Positions 62,706 through 64,000 of a DNA stretch of 64,000 bases are shown here, one piece after another. Under the pieces are notes generated by a model that was not told where the DNA came from, did no database searches, and was given only the letters and a program-made list of their open reading frames with translations. The DNA is taken from contig JAQGHD010000008.1 of NCBI GenBank assembly GCA_028288965.1, positions 22,390 through 86,389 of the forward strand, written 5' to 3'. Source of the DNA: Candidatus Saccharimonadota bacterium. GTDB taxonomy: Bacteria; Patescibacteriota; Saccharimonadia; Saccharimonadales; JAQGHD01. The number at the start of each line of letters is the position of its first letter. The first letter of the stretch is position 1. The position numbers and the translations under genes were made by a program.

Positions 62706-62836
62706 GTCCTTATTTATAAAGAAGATGACTGTAAAAAACAATCAGGCGCCTATAATGCAAGGTGTGATAGGTAATATTTCCATTGCAAATAAATATAAAA
62801 AATGTTATAATTTACGTTTAACAAAGTGATATTTTT

Positions 62837-63274
62837 ATGAAATCTGATGCAAAAATTATCGGTGCCTTTGAGGTTGTCAGCTTCCCACTTCTAGGGATGC
62901 ATGACCTCGTGGCCAAAATTGATACCGGTGCCGACACTGGCGCCTTGCACGTGACCCATCTTGAGGAAGTAAAACCTACCAAAGGCCAACAGGGTGTGCT
63001 AAGCTTTCGGCTGCTCAATAAAAAAGTTATGACTCACGAATACTTTCATAAAAACCTTGTCCGCAGTTCTAGCGGCCACGTAGAAGACCGTTATTTTATC
63101 AAAACCGAGATTGCCATTAGCGGTGTTACTTACCCTATAACCATCGGTCTCACCGATCGTAGCTCCATGAAGCGAGCGGTTTTAATCGGCAAACGCTTTT
63201 TAAGCGAGCAAAAATTTTTAGTTGACGTACGCTTGCACGATACGTATCGTTACGCAGGAAGGCAACAAGTATGA
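62837..63274 (+). CDS. RimB-like retropepsin-type protease (family annotated as putative ATP-dependent zinc protease)
   Basis: IGAFEVVSFPLLGMHDLVAKIDTGADTGALHV matches the rimK-linked family, with a D-T-G aspartyl signature. Confidence 0.7.
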   Translation: MKSDAKIIGAFEVVSFPLLGMHDLVAKIDTGADTGALHVTHLEEVKPTKGQQGVLSFRLLNKKVMTHEYFHKNLVRSSSGHVEDRYFIKTEIAISGVTYPITIGLTDRSSMKRAVLIGKRFLSEQKFLVDVRLHDTYRYAGRQQV

Positions 63275-64000
63275 ATATAGCTATATTATCCAAGGGTTCA
63301 GGTAACTACTCCACCAAGCGATTAAAGGAGGAGGCTCTTAAGCGCGGCCATAACGTGAAGATTATTAACTATGCTAAGTGCTACGTAACTATGGAACGCG
63401 GTATCCCGATTGTGCGCTACGGTGGTAAGGAAGTTAAAGATATAGATGCGATTATCCCTCGCATTGCGACTAATTTGACCAAATACGGCAGCTCTATAGT
63501 GCGCCAGTTTGAAATGCAAGGCGTGTTTTCGGCCTCTAGTTCACTGGCCATTAATCGCACGCGTGACAAGTTGCGGGCCACACAAATTCTTGCCCGGGCG
63601 GGAGTAGGCATTCCAAAAACGGTATTTGCCCGTGAAACTGCCGACCTTGATGACGTTATCGAACAAGCTGGCGGCGTGCCGCTGATTATTAAGGTGGCTC
63701 GAGGCACGCACGGCAATGGGGTGGTGCTAGCCGAAACCAAATCGGCTGCCAAGGCCGTAATGCAGGCCTTTTATGTAGAGGGTGTGAATTTCTTAGTCCA
63801 AGAATATATTGCTGAGGCAGCTGGATCCGACATTCGAGCCTTTGTGGTTGGCGGACGAGTAGTTGCCAGCATGAAACGCCAGAGCTTAGACGATGATTTT
63901 CGATCTAACTTACACCAAGGTGGTGAGGGTACGGCTATTAAATTGACTGACGAAGAGCGCAAGATGGCCCAAAAAGCTGCCAAAGCCATGGGGCTACCCA
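63271..64000 (+). CDS. rimK: ribosomal protein bS6--L-glutamate ligase RimK (3' end outside window; not in ORF track)
   Basis: ATGA overlap with the upstream gene. MNIAILSKGSGNYSTKRLKEEALKRGH..., RTRDKLRATQILARAGVGIPKT, LIIKVARGTHGNGVVLAE, DIRAFVVGGRVVASMKR, FRSNLHQGG. Confidence 0.85.
   Translation, partial: MNIAILSKGSGNYSTKRLKEEALKRGHNVKIINYAKCYVTMERGIPIVRYGGKEVKDIDAIIPRIATNLTKYGSSIVRQFEMQGVFSASSSLAINRTRDKLRATQILARAGVGIPKTVFARETADLDDVIEQAGGVPLIIKVARGTHGNGVVLAETKSAAKAVMQAFYVEGVNFLVQEYIAEAAGSDIRAFVVGGRVVASMKRQSLDDDFRSNLHQGGEGTAIKLTDEERKMAQKAAKAMGLP

Noticed and set aside
1-64000. Prophage, IS element or integrative element with its own machinery
   Set aside because: I found no integrase, transposase, recombinase, terminase or capsid-like motifs in any frame. 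The only mobile-element-like signatures are compositional (the low-GC island and cassette) and the inverted-repeat rod at 44829-45025.

Overview
Gene-dense 64 kb window with about 90 protein genes and 3 tRNAs. I saw no rRNA, CRISPR array, transposase or integrase. All homology calls come from motif recognition by eye; no searches were run. The content suggests a reduced-genome Patescibacteria/CPR organism, Saccharibacteria-like (inference). Supporting features are many small secreted or TM-anchored proteins of unknown function, an array of type IV pilin-like genes with G|FSAVE N-termini, a pgl-gnd-zwf operon, an RRM RNA-binding protein, a short HrcA and little biosynthesis. Recognisable housekeeping genes include aspS (partial), two ABC-2 exporter pairs, mscS, tsaC, mazG-like, a Mur ligase, dus, tilS, ftsH, murJ, lepA and hrcA-grpE-dnaK-dnaJ. 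Five things stand out. (1) The CIRCE/HrcA-controlled chaperone operon is interrupted at every junction by seven translationally coupled ORFs of unknown function, including a low-GC four-gene cassette between grpE and dnaK. (2) The right end holds three ATP-grasp ligases (a cyanophycin-synthetase-N-like one, an orphan, and RimK), a DUF1704/MATCAP-like HExxxH carboxypeptidase and a RimB-like retropepsin, next to a GGDEF cyclase. Together these look like a writer/eraser system for C-terminal amino-acid tails. (3) A ~6.5 kb low-GC island abuts the initiator tRNA. It carries four paralogous pilin genes, each with its own TTGCAA-N17-TATGCT promoter, and six copies of a conserved tRNA-3'-end-like repeat lying before intrinsic terminators. 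(4) There are two candidate ncRNA loci: a 6S-like or MITE-like 197-nt rod after ftsH, and a consensus-promoter/terminator unit upstream of tRNA-Met. (5) The window also has a canonical WhiB-like protein, a complete set of three CAU-anticodon tRNAs near tilS, and several degenerate or orphan enzymes.
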